A stretch of 64,000 nucleotides of DNA from Balanoglossus misakiensis (Eukaryota > Animalia > Hemichordata), in the NCBI GenBank assembly GCA_040954595.2, contig CM082592.2, positions 2,483,462 through 2,547,461 of the forward strand, in the 5' to 3' direction. Of the stretch, positions 61,770 to 64,000 are shown piece by piece (position 1 is the first letter of the stretch; every line of letters begins with the position of its first letter). Position numbers and translations under genes: made by a program. The notes beneath the pieces are model-generated. The model was not told the DNA's origin. It ran no database searches and was given only the letters and a program-made list of their open reading frames with translations.

Positions 61770-62355
61770 GGGACCGTTCAGTTTTTACGGCCGGGGGGGC
61801 GGCAAAATCCAGGGGGGGGGGGTCACTTAAATTTTGAAGTCCACAAGGGGGGGGTCATCTGTTTTTTTTTTAAACGTTTAGGGGGGGTCACATACTTTTG
61901 CCACCGAACTTTTGCTTTTGAGTCTACAAAATAGCAGTTTCGCACCCTTTATTTTACAAAATTTTCTTATGTGGGAGGGGGTGTCCCCCTCCTACACCCA
62001 CCCCCTCCACTTTTCTTGTTTTACCGATTCTAGCAACTATTGTATTGACTTGTCATTTTAATTTGTTCATAGATTTCTGTATTGCAATGATATACTATTA
62101 TATACTTCAATAATACTTAAAGAAGTATATAATTGAGGTGTGAGGAGCCTCATTCCCTTAATTGCATACAGTGTACATAGGATCAGGACGGCGAATGTTT
62201 TCGGCGTGGGGGGGGGGGGTCATCATATTTTTGGGTCTGTCAAAGGGGGGGTCATCATTTTTTGGTCCTGGGTGAAGGGGGGGTCGGCCTGATTTTGAGA
62301 ACCGATGACACAAACTTGCCGCCCCCCCCCCCTGCCGTAAAAACTGAACGGTCCC
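61770..62355. mobile_element. PIF/Harbinger-type MITE with TAA target duplication
   Basis: TAA|GGGACCGTTCAGTTTTTACGGC...GCCGTAAAAACTGAACGGTCCC|TAA. Confidence 0.88.
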
Positions 62356-63913
62356 TAAGGGTTACATATATAAGTAATCAAATGAAGCTAAAACACAAGA
62401 AATCTGATTTATAAGATTATTTTACCTGTAACCCATTGCAATTTTATGTATAAAAAATCTAGGCATATTCCAGTTTTTGCTTTGGATTTACAAAAAAGTA
62501 ACATCATTGCGTAACATTCCAACCAAAACAACTGATTTCTTTTAATTTTGCACTCAAAAATGATATAGGGCCTACTTGGTATTCTGACAATGTACCCTCT
62601 GAGAACAAAGCTGTCATTGTCAGTGATCACGTCTATACAGCAATTATTAATTTAGAACCAGGAAGACTCGGTTCGTCCAGGTGATAAATCGCGTAAGATT
62701 CCTCAGCTATCTTGATAAAAGGTCCGTCCTTATAAATGCCGCTGCATGGCGCTGACGAAATCATTTTAAAAGTAATAATATATTTGTCGGTGATGACTTC
62801 CCACCAGAAATTAGAGAGGCTAGAAAGAAATTATTCATTAAATTCCGGACATGAAAAGCTTCGCTCGTGGAGGCAGACTGCGATTAAATCAAATTTTATG
62901 AAGCTGCAGTATAAACTACTTGTAGGATCTCTTGGCCCTACACGGACTCAATATCACGCCAAAACACTTGAGACACTCGTACTTGTATGTAATCCATAAC
63001 CAGGAATAAAGTTCGATGTTCTTTAATGCACACTGGTTTCCGAATGTTTACATAACTTTTGCGTACATACAGCGAAATACGGACAGCAAATTACGGTTCT
63101 AAATGAAATGGGAAAAAGGGAAAAATAGGAAACTCAAAGAAAGTACATTTATGCGTTGTCAAATACACAAAAGTAAATTCAATAAAGTTCTAAAAGGTTC
63201 GAAAGTCTCGATGAAATAAACGTGGCTGCCACGCCCAAGAAACTACAAAATGCTGACGTGGCCGTAGTAATGACACGTCGGGAATTCACAAACAGCTTGC
63301 TTGAAATTCCACGAAAGTTGCGTCCAAAAAACGGTATGCGAAATAATTGACAAACTTGACTCGCTTACCTCAGATAGTGACGCCTTTGGGGTGATACCGA
63401 AGCTGCTGACGTTGACTCAACGAAACGACAAAATTTAACCATACGTGTACGACGCTGAAACCCGCGTCCGTACAACACCACTTTGGACTGAGTGAGTGCG
63501 GACAAACTGGTACCGCTTCTTATATAAACCTCATTTACATAGCAGGTGGCATACAAAATGTCAGCCACCAATAGAAACGCAACAGTCAGCACTTACACTA
63601 CTTACTTGTATTCTGTGTTCAGACGGAAAGAAATTATAATCGACTGAGAGGAAAACTGCAGCGGTAATTGCTAGCAATTGCTCGGGTGTCACTTCGGCAG
63701 CTCAGCGCAACGAAGATTTACGTGTTTGTTCAAAGTTCAGGTCCTAAACAGGAATAAACAATGTCATGTCCAAGCATAGTTTTTTCCTGTAAAGGGACAC
63801 ATAAAAATCTAAAAAAGTGTTGTCAAACAGAAAAAAAACGTAATTTTGGTGTATATGTTGCAACTGAGAACTAACTACCGGTACATGCACAGGGTACAGA
63901 GGAATAAATCGTG

Positions 63914-64000
63914 TTGTTTTTTGTTTGTTTGGTTGGTTGGTTGTTGTTGTTGTTGTTGACGATGATGATGATCATTGATGATGATGATGATGATGATGAT
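63914..64000. repeat. compound (GTTT)/(GGTT)/(GTT)/(GAT) microsatellite
   Basis: Direct reading; runs off the window end. Confidence 0.92.

Overview
AT-rich, intron-rich animal genomic DNA. The gene and repeat content suggests an invertebrate deuterostome (hemichordate/echinoderm/amphioxus-like), which is an inference. No prokaryotic features, rRNA, genuine tRNA genes or CRISPR were seen. Manual splicing resolves four loci. (1) The last four exons of an SLC22 organic-ion transporter (+, 9-1913). (2) A tandem SLC22 paralog that is frameshifted and stops after exon 3 (+, 3464-4891). (3) A complete 27-exon, ~1989-aa ADGRD-like adhesion GPCR (-, 6441-28277): signal peptide, four tandem pentraxin cassettes, mucin stalk, GAIN/GPS and 7TM. 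(4) A complete 25-exon, ~2640-aa polycystin-1-family gene (-, 31967-61059). Its N-terminus is a Tie/angiopoietin-receptor-type Ig-Ig-EGF ectodomain, followed by TSP1, PKD, REJ, GAIN/GPS, PLAT and the 11-TM polycystin body. The Tie-polycystin chimera is the most striking object. The PTX array, with a gene-conversion tract and hypervariable ligand loops, is second. Introns carry many non-autonomous DNA transposons, hairpin elements, a tRNA-derived SINE and long microsatellites. All gene models are hand-built from splice signals and reading-frame continuity, without transcript data.
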